NCBI GenBank assembly: GCA_026396615.1
Contig: JAPLWK010000010.1
Span: 48,348-112,347, forward strand
Source: a candidate division WWE3 bacterium
GTDB taxonomy: Bacteria; Patescibacteriota; WWE3; JAPLWK01
Direction of reading: 5' to 3'
DNA length: 64,000 bases
Below are positions 28,419 through 38,491 of the stretch, one piece after another (position 1 is the first letter of the stretch; every line of letters starts with the position of its first letter). A program made the translations under genes and the position numbers. The notes under the pieces were generated by a model. That model saw nothing but the letters and a program-made list of their open reading frames with translations. It searched no databases and had not been told where the DNA came from.

Positions 28419-30951
28419 AATAACAATTTTTCTTAAGTTTATTCCAATTAAAACTTATCTTCTTCTAGTGCTCGTGTTTGCGTTGGTAATCCGTTTATGG
28501 GGAGTGTGGCATGGGCTTCCCTATATTTATAGCGTTGATGAGCCGGCTCTTGTCCACAGCGTTTTAGGTCTGCGGTTTGACTTAAATCCTCATCATTTCG
28601 ATTGGCCGCATTTCCATTTCTACTTGTCGTATCTAGTCTTTGGGATCTTCTATAAAGCTCGGATTGCTTGGCAAGTTTGGGGTTGGAAGCCGGCTATGGA
28701 GGCGATGGCGCCGATTTTGTGGAATGACGGGGCCGTCTTCTACTTACTTTTAAGACTTTTAAGCTTATTTATGGGGGCGCTTACAGTTATTCCGGTTTAT
28801 TTAGCCTCTAAAGAAATTTTAATCAGCCCTAAAAAGGCTTTACTGGCAGCTTTAGTTTTTGCCCTAATTCCCTTTCACGTGGAGAACTCCAAATATGCGC
28901 TTATAGATGTCCCCGCGACTTTTTGGTGTGCTTGGTCACTGTGGTTTGCCTTAAAAACGGCTAGAAGGCCGTCATTACTAAATTATATACTGGCCGGTCT
29001 GTTTGGAGGCCTCGCTATGTCAACAAAATACAATGGTTTGTTAATTATACTTGTTTTGGTATTAGTTCATTTATCACGCCTTCCATTCGTTGAAACATTC
29101 ATATCTTTGATCAAACGAAAGTGGCGAAATATAGACATCGGAGGTTTACTAAAAGATTGGTGGAAGTTGGTTTTAGCTGGCGTTACGGCACTTGCCGCCT
29201 TTTTTGCCGGTACACCTTACGCACTTTTAGATTGGAAGGAATTTAGTCGCAGCGATACATCAATTGGTGCTTTTTGGCAATTAACTCGCTCCGGAAATAG
29301 ATTGGAATTGGCGGTTTTTGGTAGACTCGCCGATGCCCTTTTTAATAAAATTCTTTCAGGATACGGGTTCATTCCTTTAATTATAAGTTTAGTGGGTTTG
29401 TTTTTCGTTTTTAGACGCGGTAATAAATTACAGAGAGTAACCGGATTATTTTTCGTATTTTTCACTTTGTACGTGGGAAGCTCTGTGTTCGCTCCGATTC
29501 AAATTTTCATGCCATTATTTTTAGTTCTACCCAGCCTTTTTATACTAGGTCTTTTTCCGATTACAGATTTTATTAAGAAAGAATTTTTTGAAAACAACAA
29601 AGCTTGGAGAGTCGCATATCCATTACTGGTTATTACAGCGGTCACTCCTCTAGTTGCGGCGTCATTAAAGGTAGATTACTTATACACGTTTTTAGATACT
29701 CGTAATATTGCCAAGAATTTTATCGATTACGCAATTCCTAAAGGTAAAGTTATAGGAGTAGAAGGTGAGTATCAGCCGTTTTATGAAGGAACTCATCCGG
29801 TAATTGGAGTTCAGGCTTGGCGATACGACCCTCTTAGCCAGAAAAAGATTGAATACGTCGTTGTGAGCGGCGATATGGATTTGCGTGGGATTCGTGAGAA
29901 TTCAAAGTTTGGAGGGATACTCGAAAATTTGTACCCAATTTATAGTTACCAAAACTTTGGTGATCGGCTGGGCCCCAATTTATTTATTTATAAATTGAAC
30001 TATCCACTTAATAATCAATGGTGGCTAAATGAAAGTAAATTACCTAAACTTTCTGTTGACTATTTGACAGCTGATAATCACGAGTGGCGGGAGTCTATTC
30101 TACCTGCCGATTTAACCTACACGGTCGCGGTAACTGGAACTTGGGACTTTTCGGGTAAGACATCAGAAATCATGAAAACGCGAAGTGACTATTCATATCC
30201 GGTTAGTAAGGTCGGCGGACACTTACACGGTCTGGATTTGGCTGTTGCCGATTTGTTGTATCCATTTAAACAGGACTGTTCTGATTTTACGGTTTGCACA
30301 AATAGTGAAGCCGTAAAATCTCTTACAGAAAGTGGAATCGATGTGGTTAATCTGCCGGTAGACCCATCTTTCGCCGAAACAAAGACGGATTTAACAGCAG
30401 CGAAAATCCAGTATTCTGATGGTCAGAACATCTCTTATTCAGATGTTAAGAATAACCATTTAGCTTTCGTGAGCATTAATCCCGCTTCACCAGATTTTAC
30501 TCAAGCGACCATTTCGGCCTCTATTAAGACCGCAAAAGATAACAAGGCCGATGTTATTTTTGTTAATTTTAATTGGCTTAAAAGCCAGTCGCCGTCTAAA
30601 GAACTAGCTCATCTGGCAATTGATTCGGGAGCGACTGTAGTTACGGGAGAATCTTCAAGCGTAAACGGAGTGGAATTTTATAACGAACACTTTATATCTT
30701 ATGGCGGTGGCCAATTTGTAAGCTCTGCGACTAGTCCGGTTGATTTACAAGGACGGGTTGGTCCTGGAGTTACCTATGAGCTTTATTTCTTCGGTAATAG
30801 ATTAGTAGATATAGATTTTGGTTTAAACTACAGTGGCACCTACGATATTTATAGTGGATCCAGTTGCCAAGTATTTGGTGAAGAAAATAAGAATGTGCGT
30901 TTGAAAGTGCTTCAACAAATATCTATCGAGTCCGCAGCGTACATAAAATGA
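28375..30951 (+). CDS. Fusion: ArnT/PMT-like GT-C membrane domain plus C-terminal CapA/PGA_cap-like (metallophosphoesterase-fold) domain
   Basis: N-terminus has the VDEPAL loop motif and about 12 TM spans. The C-terminal 350 aa show CapA-like motifs: TVAVTGTWDFSG, ADVIFVNFNW, GATVVTGESSSVNGVEFYNEHFISYGGGQFVS. The start may lie downstream of the annotated ATG. Confidence 0.5.
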   Translation: MHMRISTRVYTLSNKITIFLKFIPIKTYLLLVLVFALVIRLWGVWHGLPYIYSVDEPALVHSVLGLRFDLNPHHFDWPHFHFYLSYLVFGIFYKARIAWQVWGWKPAMEAMAPILWNDGAVFYLLLRLLSLFMGALTVIPVYLASKEILISPKKALLAALVFALIPFHVENSKYALIDVPATFWCAWSLWFALKTARRPSLLNYILAGLFGGLAMSTKYNGLLIILVLVLVHLSRLPFVETFISLIKRKWRNIDIGGLLKDWWKLVLAGVTALAAFFAGTPYALLDWKEFSRSDTSIGAFWQLTRSGNRLELAVFGRLADALFNKILSGYGFIPLIISLVGLFFVFRRGNKLQRVTGLFFVFFTLYVGSSVFAPIQIFMPLFLVLPSLFILGLFPITDFIKKEFFENNKAWRVAYPLLVITAVTPLVAASLKVDYLYTFLDTRNIAKNFIDYAIPKGKVIGVEGEYQPFYEGTHPVIGVQAWRYDPLSQKKIEYVVVSGDMDLRGIRENSKFGGILENLYPIYSYQNFGDRLGPNLFIYKLNYPLNNQWWLNESKLPKLSVDYLTADNHEWRESILPADLTYTVAVTGTWDFSGKTSEIMKTRSDYSYPVSKVGGHLHGLDLAVADLLYPFKQDCSDFTVCTNSEAVKSLTESGIDVVNLPVDPSFAETKTDLTAAKIQYSDGQNISYSDVKNNHLAFVSINPASPDFTQATISASIKTAKDNKADVIFVNFNWLKSQSPSKELAHLAIDSGATVVTGESSSVNGVEFYNEHFISYGGGQFVSSATSPVDLQGRVGPGVTYELYFFGNRLVDIDFGLNYSGTYDIYSGSSCQVFGEENKNVRLKVLQQISIESAAYIK

Positions 30952-32630
30952 CACATAGAAAATTTAAATTATCATTAGTTTTTATTATTTTTGTCATCGG
31001 AATAATATTACGGGTATCTTATCTTCGACATGGTTTACCAGATTTTGAAGTTGATGATGAGGGTAAGTTTGCTAATCCGGCGATGACAATAACCTTTAAC
31101 CTACCTAATTTACTAAAGACCCGTAATTTAGAATTACTGAACACAGATTATTTTTATCCGCACCCACATGGCTTAACAAACACATTGGTCGTTGTATTTT
31201 CCGCTGTTACCGGGTTCTACAAATTAAGTGGAGTTGGTTCCCGCGTTCTCTCTCACGCGGATTTTATTTTTGTGGCTCGGCTGTTTATCGCTGTGGTTAG
31301 CGGATTTATACCACTGGTAATTTTTTGGTTACTTAAGAAGATATCGGGATTTAAAACTGCGATTATCGGGCTTTTAATTTCGGCACTTGGCTACTATTTT
31401 ATCTACTATTCTCACGTCGTATCGCCGTACCCGATCTGCGCTTTACTAGTGTCGTTGTTCCTATGGCGGTTTTATGAATTCATCGTTCAACCAAATCGGC
31501 GAAATTGGATATTTACTTCAATTGCATTAGGCTTAGTAGCTGGATTTAACTTTGGGGTGATAGTTTTTGCTATTCCAATCGGTCTAACTCTAATTTATTT
31601 GTGTTTAAATCAAGCCTTATCTCTAAAGAAAACAATTATATATTCCTTAGCGATGGGTCTAATCGTGGGTTTGGGATTTTTAATAATCTCGCCCCTGTCG
31701 GTTGTAAATTTTAGGATTACTTTAGCGGCTTTGAGTAACGTCTCTAACCTGCAAAATATCGGAGCGCCAAGCAGCGGTAAACTCCCGACTATTCTTGAAT
31801 ATTTTCTGGGGGTAAATCCGGAAATCATAAGCCTTCAGTTTTTGCGTCCGTATTCGATGGTTAATGCCTTTGGTTTACCGTTTGCAGTCTTGTCTTTGTT
31901 GTCGCTAGTCATTGCTTTGTTCTCTAAAAATATTTTTAGAATCTTTTTGAGTTTATCTTTTATATGCGCTTTGGCTTTTTACAGCAGTCATGGCAGCACT
32001 AATCTTCGCTGGCTGTTGCCATTTTTGCCCATTGTTGTCGTTTTAATGACGCTAAGTATTGCTGATTTTTCTAATTTGTTACGAAGTCAACGAGTCCTGA
32101 TTGCGTTAGTAATCGTGGGAGTTGTTTTATGCACCTCCTTATGGCAAGTCGCTTTCTTTTTACGATCGCATTCACTTCCTGACACCCGAGAATTAGCGCT
32201 ACAATCAATTAGGGGGGAGATATCCAAAGACGCGATTATTTTAAGACCATCATTTGATTCTCCGCCGATTTGGAAATATGGGTACGCAAATAATTTTGTA
32301 ATAAATCACCCCACGTATGGGTCTTCATCACAGGAGCAATTACCACCGGTACTATCCGATGTGTTTTGCGGGTTTAGTACCCTGAATAAAGAACGTTACC
32401 TTATTACAGTTGGAAGTGCCGCTAATTACGTAATCACGTCGCCTAGTTATTCTAACGAACATCCCATGACGGCAGGGATTTGGAAGAAATTTTATTCAAA
32501 TATCACGACTTGGCCTAAGGTTGGTCTTTTCTCACCAACGCTTGCTTCACCTATGACCGGAACTGAGGTAGGTGTCTACAAAGTGCCTAAAGACTTTTGT
32601 GGCCCTGAAACTTTTCTTTGCACCATTTAA
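30948..32630 (+). CDS. ArnT/PMT-like GT-C membrane glycosyltransferase-like protein
   Basis: DDEGKF loop motif. Polytopic. Paralog of 13344..15119. Last gene of the plus-strand operon. Confidence 0.55.
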   Translation: MTHRKFKLSLVFIIFVIGIILRVSYLRHGLPDFEVDDEGKFANPAMTITFNLPNLLKTRNLELLNTDYFYPHPHGLTNTLVVVFSAVTGFYKLSGVGSRVLSHADFIFVARLFIAVVSGFIPLVIFWLLKKISGFKTAIIGLLISALGYYFIYYSHVVSPYPICALLVSLFLWRFYEFIVQPNRRNWIFTSIALGLVAGFNFGVIVFAIPIGLTLIYLCLNQALSLKKTIIYSLAMGLIVGLGFLIISPLSVVNFRITLAALSNVSNLQNIGAPSSGKLPTILEYFLGVNPEIISLQFLRPYSMVNAFGLPFAVLSLLSLVIALFSKNIFRIFLSLSFICALAFYSSHGSTNLRWLLPFLPIVVVLMTLSIADFSNLLRSQRVLIALVIVGVVLCTSLWQVAFFLRSHSLPDTRELALQSIRGEISKDAIILRPSFDSPPIWKYGYANNFVINHPTYGSSSQEQLPPVLSDVFCGFSTLNKERYLITVGSAANYVITSPSYSNEHPMTAGIWKKFYSNITTWPKVGLFSPTLASPMTGTEVGVYKVPKDFCGPETFLCTI

Positions 32631-34620
32631 TTTTTGGTATTAAAAAAATTACCAAAAGAATTATTGTCCAAATTAGTGTTATAACAAGACCAGCTAGATA
32701 GCTGCTATAGATCCACTTAGGAATATTTACTGAGACAGTGGCAACACCCCCTATAATTTTGTAGATGTAAACTATGGGAAGAGGTTTAAATCCAATATCC
32801 TCCTCCATATGGTTACCGGAGGTTGGCCATTTTATAATCTTTATTAATAATAATTGATCTTTTAAAAACTTTGGGAGGTTGCTTGTAATTTCCTCTGTTG
32901 TTACCAATAACGTCGTACCTTGCGATTTAAGATAATCTAGATAATTACTACTAATACTTGGTGCCTCGTATTTATTTGTTATAGCTTGAATATATGAATT
33001 ACTCCAGTAGCTTTTATCAACAAATACAGAAGGCCACAGTGGAACACTAGCCGCAATTAAATTATTAATAACAAAGGAGTTAATTGGACAAACGCTAAAT
33101 GTTGGAAAACAGTCAACCACAGTTAATTTAGGAAAGTTTTTGTTAATAAATTCCAGATGTGGGTAATCATAAAGTGTGTTAATTTTTACTGTTGGAAATC
33201 TTTCTGATAAAGCGACTCTCTCACCCGGTGCGGCATAATAAATTCCGTATGGTAAATATTTACCAAGAATTATAATCGGCGGACTGATAACACCCCAAGT
33301 TTCTCCAAATATTAATAAGGCTACTATAACGCCAGCTAAGCTAGCCAATATTATATTTTTCTTCTTAAGAAATTCGTTGACAACGACTATTAATAGCTCA
33401 ACTCCAAATCCTGATAATAAAGCTATTAAAGAGATTAAAAGAGCGTAGTTTGACGGGGCAATTCCTGATTGGCTAAATAATGGGTAGAATTTATTTAAGA
33501 GTCCGTAGATCGGTGTTTTAATACCTATTAAAATATATAATCCAAATAAGAAAAGTATAAATAACATTTGCAAACGATAACGTTTTAAAAAAATTGCCCC
33601 CAAACTAATTACGGCAAGAAAAATTGCAATATATCCAGGACTAAACCGCCTTTGATTTGTTTGATAGTTAGCTGGCAGTATTGTATTTTTAAAATCATTA
33701 AAACTAGTAATACCTACGGATCGCCAATCTTTTGTGACATCTCTGGTTAAGCTTGTATTTGACGTGAATGATTTAAGCTTATAAGATGGCCAGATTTCTA
33801 TTGCGTTGGACATAAAAATTGAAACTGCAACTATTGCTATAGTTAAAATTACTAGAACAATATTTTTTCGGTCCTTCAAAAATATATACACTAAATATGT
33901 AATAACAATTATTACTATAGCTAAAGAAGAATACACAAAGACGTTTGGTTGAAAGTTAATAATGTTTGAGGCGACCCAACCGGATAACATTGCATAGATA
34001 ACAGATTTTCTTAGACAGTTTATATTTTGTAATGCTTCTAATATAAATAGAAAGCACCATGGTAACCAGCTATAGGCAAAAATATAGCCTATATAAGCAT
34101 TAGTTCCTAGTTTAGAGATAGTCCATTCATTAAACATAAAAACCACAGCCGTGCATATAGCAGCGCCGCTACTAATTTTTAGTTTCTTGGCGAGTAAAAA
34201 AGCGCCAACTCCTGCTAGAATAAAATGGATTAATAGCAGAATGTTAAAGGCGGTATAAGGTTCCAAGATTAAAAATAGGGAAGCAAAAGGGTAATGTAAT
34301 GCGGTTAAAGGATTTCCAAGTGCGGGGACACCGGTTAAGACATGGTTATTCCAAAGAGGTATTAAACCTTGCTTTATAGAATCTCGGTAAACAATGTAAT
34401 TTTGAATAAAATCAAACTGAGCATCCCTTTGGGTAATGGTTACGCCACGGGTAAAAAACGGATCGGCTAAAAATAATAGGCTAAGACCAGCGATTACGAT
34501 TAGGTAAAATTTATTTTTCCAGATAACTTGTCTGATTGAGATTAGCAATATCACGAAGACTATGATCGGAATTAAAATTAATTCGGAGATACCTAAAATC
34601 TGGAAAATGCTTGATAACAC
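32587..34620 (-). CDS. YfhO-family GT-C membrane glycosyltransferase
   Basis: YfhO N-terminal motif (GLIPLWNNHVLTGVPALGNPLTALHYPFASLF), more than 12 TM helices, C-terminal extracytoplasmic domain. Confidence 0.65.
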   Translation of the reverse strand: MLSSIFQILGISELILIPIIVFVILLISIRQVIWKNKFYLIVIAGLSLLFLADPFFTRGVTITQRDAQFDFIQNYIVYRDSIKQGLIPLWNNHVLTGVPALGNPLTALHYPFASLFLILEPYTAFNILLLIHFILAGVGAFLLAKKLKISSGAAICTAVVFMFNEWTISKLGTNAYIGYIFAYSWLPWCFLFILEALQNINCLRKSVIYAMLSGWVASNIINFQPNVFVYSSLAIVIIVITYLVYIFLKDRKNIVLVILTIAIVAVSIFMSNAIEIWPSYKLKSFTSNTSLTRDVTKDWRSVGITSFNDFKNTILPANYQTNQRRFSPGYIAIFLAVISLGAIFLKRYRLQMLFILFLFGLYILIGIKTPIYGLLNKFYPLFSQSGIAPSNYALLISLIALLSGFGVELLIVVVNEFLKKKNIILASLAGVIVALLIFGETWGVISPPIIILGKYLPYGIYYAAPGERVALSERFPTVKINTLYDYPHLEFINKNFPKLTVVDCFPTFSVCPINSFVINNLIAASVPLWPSVFVDKSYWSNSYIQAITNKYEAPSISSNYLDYLKSQGTTLLVTTEEITSNLPKFLKDQLLLIKIIKWPTSGNHMEEDIGFKPLPIVYIYKIIGGVATVSVNIPKWIYSSYLAGLVITLIWTIILLVIFLIPKIKWCKEKFQGHKSL

Positions 34621-34690
34621 AAGATAATACTACCACTAAGTTGCTTTTCTAGTCCATATTTTTAAATAGATAACAGAGTTTAATTATTGC

Positions 34691-34696
34691 TATAAT
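34691..34696 (+). promoter_or_regulatory. Candidate extended -10 element (TGcTATAAT) 20 nt upstream of the DUF2079-like gene start
   Basis: TGCTATAAT lies in the divergent intergenic region. There is no convincing -35. Confidence 0.25.
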
Positions 34697-34715
34697 ATGC
34701 TGTTAACATTAATAA

Positions 34716-36920
34716 ATGACTAGAGTTATTAGCATTAAAAATTTAGTAAGGAAGTTTTTAGCTTTGTTACCTTTTGGTATTTTGCTAACTTTCGGAGTGG
34801 TAATTTTTAAGGTTTCCACAAGGCTTCTTTTTTATAAATACGCCACATTCCAAACAAGTAAATTTGATCTAGGTATAATGGCCCAAACAGTTTGGAACAC
34901 CGCGCATGGTCGGTTTTTTGAATTTACCGATCATTTTGGGACAAACATGTCTCAAGCCGCCACTCACACCGATTATTTAATGGTAATCTTCGCACCTCTT
35001 TTTTGGATTTGGAACGATCCTCGAGTACTTCTAGTAGCTCAAGCACTATTATTAACATCTTCCGTTATTCCCATATATCTTCTGATTAAAATAAAGACAA
35101 AATCTAATTGGCTTGGATTAATTTGGGGAATTATCTTTTTGGTTTACCCGGCTGTCGCCTTTTTACTTCTGTCCGACTTTCACAGCGTTACCTTAGTGAT
35201 TCCATTATTCATTTGGGCCTTTTATTTTTTAGAAAAGAATTGGCTGATACCGTTTTTGATTGTTATTGGTCTTGCTTTGTTTGGCAAGGAAGAAATATCA
35301 TTAATCGTTATATTTTTTGGGCTTTACATTGCCTTTTTTCGTCATAGAAAACATTTAGGACTGGCGGTAATTACTTGCGGAATCTTGTGGGCCATCGTTA
35401 CTTTTGGTTTAATTATTCCTTCGTATGGCGGAATTCGTGAAAAGAGCTTCACTAGCTTTACAAACTACGCGTTGAGCGATCAATCTGAAATGTTTCGCAC
35501 CGGTAACTCACAAAATTTCTTCTTAAATCGTTACGATCAGTTCGGCGATTCATATACGAATATTGCCTGGAATATCATTTCTAATCCAAAAAATACGCTT
35601 AGCGTTTTAATATCTTCTGAAAATAGAGACTATTTATTTAAAGTATTTGGTCCCCTAATTTTTATTCCAGCATTAAATTTACCAATTATTTTAATTACTT
35701 TGCCTGAGTTTGCCATTAACCTGCTTAGTAACAACTCTGCCATGAAAGGAATTAAACTGCAGTATATTTCATCAATTATTCCATTTTTATTTGTATCCTC
35801 TATTTTTTTCATAGCTTATCTAAAAAAGAGAGTACCTGGTAAGTTCTCATTGGTCTCTGTTTATTCCATCTCGCTTGTAGTTTTGGTAGCCTCTCTGTGG
35901 GCTTCTAGTAGGTTTAATAGTCCTTTATGGCCTTATTTAGAACATGGCGGGCCACTAATAAAGCTGGTTAGCTTCGTGAATAATTATTTTGATCACAATA
36001 ACGGTTTAGCCAACACATCAGCCATTGAGTCTACAGATGAAAGCAATTTGAATATATCTCAAACTTCAGGGTTACCTGGAGGTGCAGGCACTTCGGATAA
36101 TGCTAATTTGGTAGTAGTAAAAATAAAGACTAGTATTGGTAATTCCTATGAAGGCTTAGGTTTTAGTAATCCTAAGGATAGTGACACGGCGGAATATACG
36201 ATAAAACAAATTCCGGAAAAGGCCTCTGTTTCGGCGCCTAATTTCTTGGGAGCTCAATTATCGCTAAGACCTTCCTTAGCCCTCTTTCCAGCTAATTATA
36301 AAGATGCTGATGATGTAGTGGTAGACTTGGCTTCTGATCAAGTTTTACATTCGGTTGATAATTTTAACATTACCCCTCTAATACCAAAGTTTGTAAGTGA
36401 TCTTCTAAGTAATAATTCTTATCAAATTAAATACTTTGGTAACAGCTTAATTTTGTTTGAAAAGTCTTCATCTAATAATAATTTTAAAAAAGGCCTTGAT
36501 TTTAATATAGAAGTTTTAGACACCGGAAGTTATTTAAAAGGATCGGAGATCAGTTACAACTCTGGATTGTCTTTACAGGACCCGTTATTTCCAGATCAAC
36601 TCCTCATAAATTCTGATAATAAAATCACGCAAGTTTGGGCGATTAACCGGTATTTTAGCAATAAGCCGCTTATAATTACGACTAGTTTAGTCAATAAAGA
36701 GTCTCGAAAGGTTTTTCAACTGGTTAATTTAGCCAGTTATTCCCTAAATAAGACCGATACTTGGGATGCTGAGCATGTTTACAAAGAAACTCTAAATTTT
36801 AAAATTCCGAGTTTTGTGGCGCCTGGAAATTACGACTTAGTGGTTGGAATTAGTGATTTTGATAATAAAAACATAATTGAAGCCCGTTATATTAAAGAAG
36901 TTGTAGTAGTTACTCCTTAA
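34716..36920 (+). CDS. DUF2079-like polytopic membrane protein with a large Asn/Ser-rich C-terminal extracytoplasmic domain
   Basis: N-terminal motif FDLGIMAQTVWNTAHGRFFEF resembles the DUF2079 DLG..Q..W signature. 10+ TM spans are followed by about 330 aa of soluble domain. Confidence 0.4.
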   Translation: MTRVISIKNLVRKFLALLPFGILLTFGVVIFKVSTRLLFYKYATFQTSKFDLGIMAQTVWNTAHGRFFEFTDHFGTNMSQAATHTDYLMVIFAPLFWIWNDPRVLLVAQALLLTSSVIPIYLLIKIKTKSNWLGLIWGIIFLVYPAVAFLLLSDFHSVTLVIPLFIWAFYFLEKNWLIPFLIVIGLALFGKEEISLIVIFFGLYIAFFRHRKHLGLAVITCGILWAIVTFGLIIPSYGGIREKSFTSFTNYALSDQSEMFRTGNSQNFFLNRYDQFGDSYTNIAWNIISNPKNTLSVLISSENRDYLFKVFGPLIFIPALNLPIILITLPEFAINLLSNNSAMKGIKLQYISSIIPFLFVSSIFFIAYLKKRVPGKFSLVSVYSISLVVLVASLWASSRFNSPLWPYLEHGGPLIKLVSFVNNYFDHNNGLANTSAIESTDESNLNISQTSGLPGGAGTSDNANLVVVKIKTSIGNSYEGLGFSNPKDSDTAEYTIKQIPEKASVSAPNFLGAQLSLRPSLALFPANYKDADDVVVDLASDQVLHSVDNFNITPLIPKFVSDLLSNNSYQIKYFGNSLILFEKSSSNNNFKKGLDFNIEVLDTGSYLKGSEISYNSGLSLQDPLFPDQLLINSDNKITQVWAINRYFSNKPLIITTSLVNKESRKVFQLVNLASYSLNKTDTWDAEHVYKETLNFKIPSFVAPGNYDLVVGISDFDNKNIIEARYIKEVVVVTP

Positions 36921-36973
36921 CCGTTAGAAGCAGACTAGTATTTCATGATAGACTATAGCTTAGTTGTACTCCT

Positions 36974-38488
36974 TTGGAACTTTTAAATATGGTCTATTTT
37001 CTTATTTTCTTAGCCACACTTTTTCCTCGAGTTTATAAAATAGGTTTTGATTTATTCAACACTGATGCCTTCTTTTGGAAAGAGAATACCTATAATTTCA
37101 TTGGTTTATTTGCTGATCACAGGTTTGCCGACATGGCCATCACCCACCACCCTGGCGTAACACTCATGTGGCTGGGAGGAATCGGGATGAAGATTTTTCG
37201 GGGCTTGTACTTTGTTGTCAAACATGTGCCGGCTCCAAATACTCAAGCCGTCGTTTTGTGGACAAACTTCTCCCAGAATTTACCGATCGCGCTTGTTTGC
37301 ACTGGGGCCGTCGCCGTCTCTTACTATTTAATCAAGCGGCTCTTTAATAATCAGCGTTTAGCTTTGGTTACGTCACTTCTGCTGGCGACTGAGCCGTGGT
37401 TGGTGGCTCATAGCCGAGTTTACAATACTGACGCTTTGATGACGTCTTTTATGTTTTTGTCGGTCTTAACTTTGTGGTTGGCTTTGTTGGAAACTAAATA
37501 CATTAAATGGGCGGTACTTAGTGGCGTCTTTGCTGGTCTCGCTTTGTTGACCAAAAGTATCTCGTTATTTTTAATTCCGTTTTTACTGTTAAGTGTTGGG
37601 GCATTTGTAATCTTTAAGAAGTTGTCAATTAAGAAGGCCATGACCATCGTGTCGACCGTTGTTGCAGCATGCGTGGCAACGTTTTTAGTCGTCTGGCCGG
37701 CGATGTGGACGAGTCCTGTGTCGACATTAAAGCTTTACTGGAACGGGATCTTCTTAGAAGGGGATACTCGGCTTAATTTACATAACATGTTTGGGCATCC
37801 AACCATGAACCCAGGGCCGATTTTTTACCCATTAGCTTTTCTATTAAGATTTACTCCAGAATTAATTGCCGCTTTTGCTATTGGCTTGATACTCTTGATA
37901 AAGAGGATTAATAGGAGAGAAGGAGACAAAGATGAAACCAGTTTGTTTTTATTACTATCTTTAGGATTTATAGTTTTCTATATGTTAGAAATATCGCTGG
38001 CAACTAAAAAATTGGATCGGTATTTGCTGCCGGTTGTTCCCTTCGTCGCCTTAATTGCGAGTTACGCTTTTGTGCAGCTAAAAAAGAAAATATTATTAAT
38101 TGTTTTAGGGGTAATATTAGCAATAAGGGTAATTGTTTTGGGTATATATCAACCGGACTATTTGGCTTATTATAACCCACTGCTTGGCGGTCCCACCGCT
38201 GGCTATAACTTTGATGGTGAATGGTGGGGAGAGGGGTATCACTTGGTTGGAAGTTGGATTAATGAGAAGTTAGAAGTTAGAGCGGTAGCGGCTTACGATA
38301 ATCGCCAACTGCGCCCTTTTGTTAAAGATAATATTGCAGTTTATGATGCTGGCGATAAAAAATTGGATGCTAATAAGGTTGATTTATGGGTATTAAAATA
38401 CAAAGATGGTGGTCGACAAGGTTTTCAGATTATAGATACTGTTAGCGTGGCTGGTTATCCGATGTGGGGAATTTACAAAAAGATTTAA
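36974..38488 (+). CDS. Polytopic membrane protein, GT-C (GT39-like) candidate
   Basis: Multi-TM with a first-loop HHPGVTLMWLGG motif and a YNPLLGG C-terminal motif shared with 7329 and 26814 (YNLASGG / YNPLIGG). Confidence 0.45.
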   Translation: MELLNMVYFLIFLATLFPRVYKIGFDLFNTDAFFWKENTYNFIGLFADHRFADMAITHHPGVTLMWLGGIGMKIFRGLYFVVKHVPAPNTQAVVLWTNFSQNLPIALVCTGAVAVSYYLIKRLFNNQRLALVTSLLLATEPWLVAHSRVYNTDALMTSFMFLSVLTLWLALLETKYIKWAVLSGVFAGLALLTKSISLFLIPFLLLSVGAFVIFKKLSIKKAMTIVSTVVAACVATFLVVWPAMWTSPVSTLKLYWNGIFLEGDTRLNLHNMFGHPTMNPGPIFYPLAFLLRFTPELIAAFAIGLILLIKRINRREGDKDETSLFLLLSLGFIVFYMLEISLATKKLDRYLLPVVPFVALIASYAFVQLKKKILLIVLGVILAIRVIVLGIYQPDYLAYYNPLLGGPTAGYNFDGEWWGEGYHLVGSWINEKLEVRAVAAYDNRQLRPFVKDNIAVYDAGDKKLDANKVDLWVLKYKDGGRQGFQIIDTVSVAGYPMWGIYKKI

Positions 38489-38491
38489 TAT

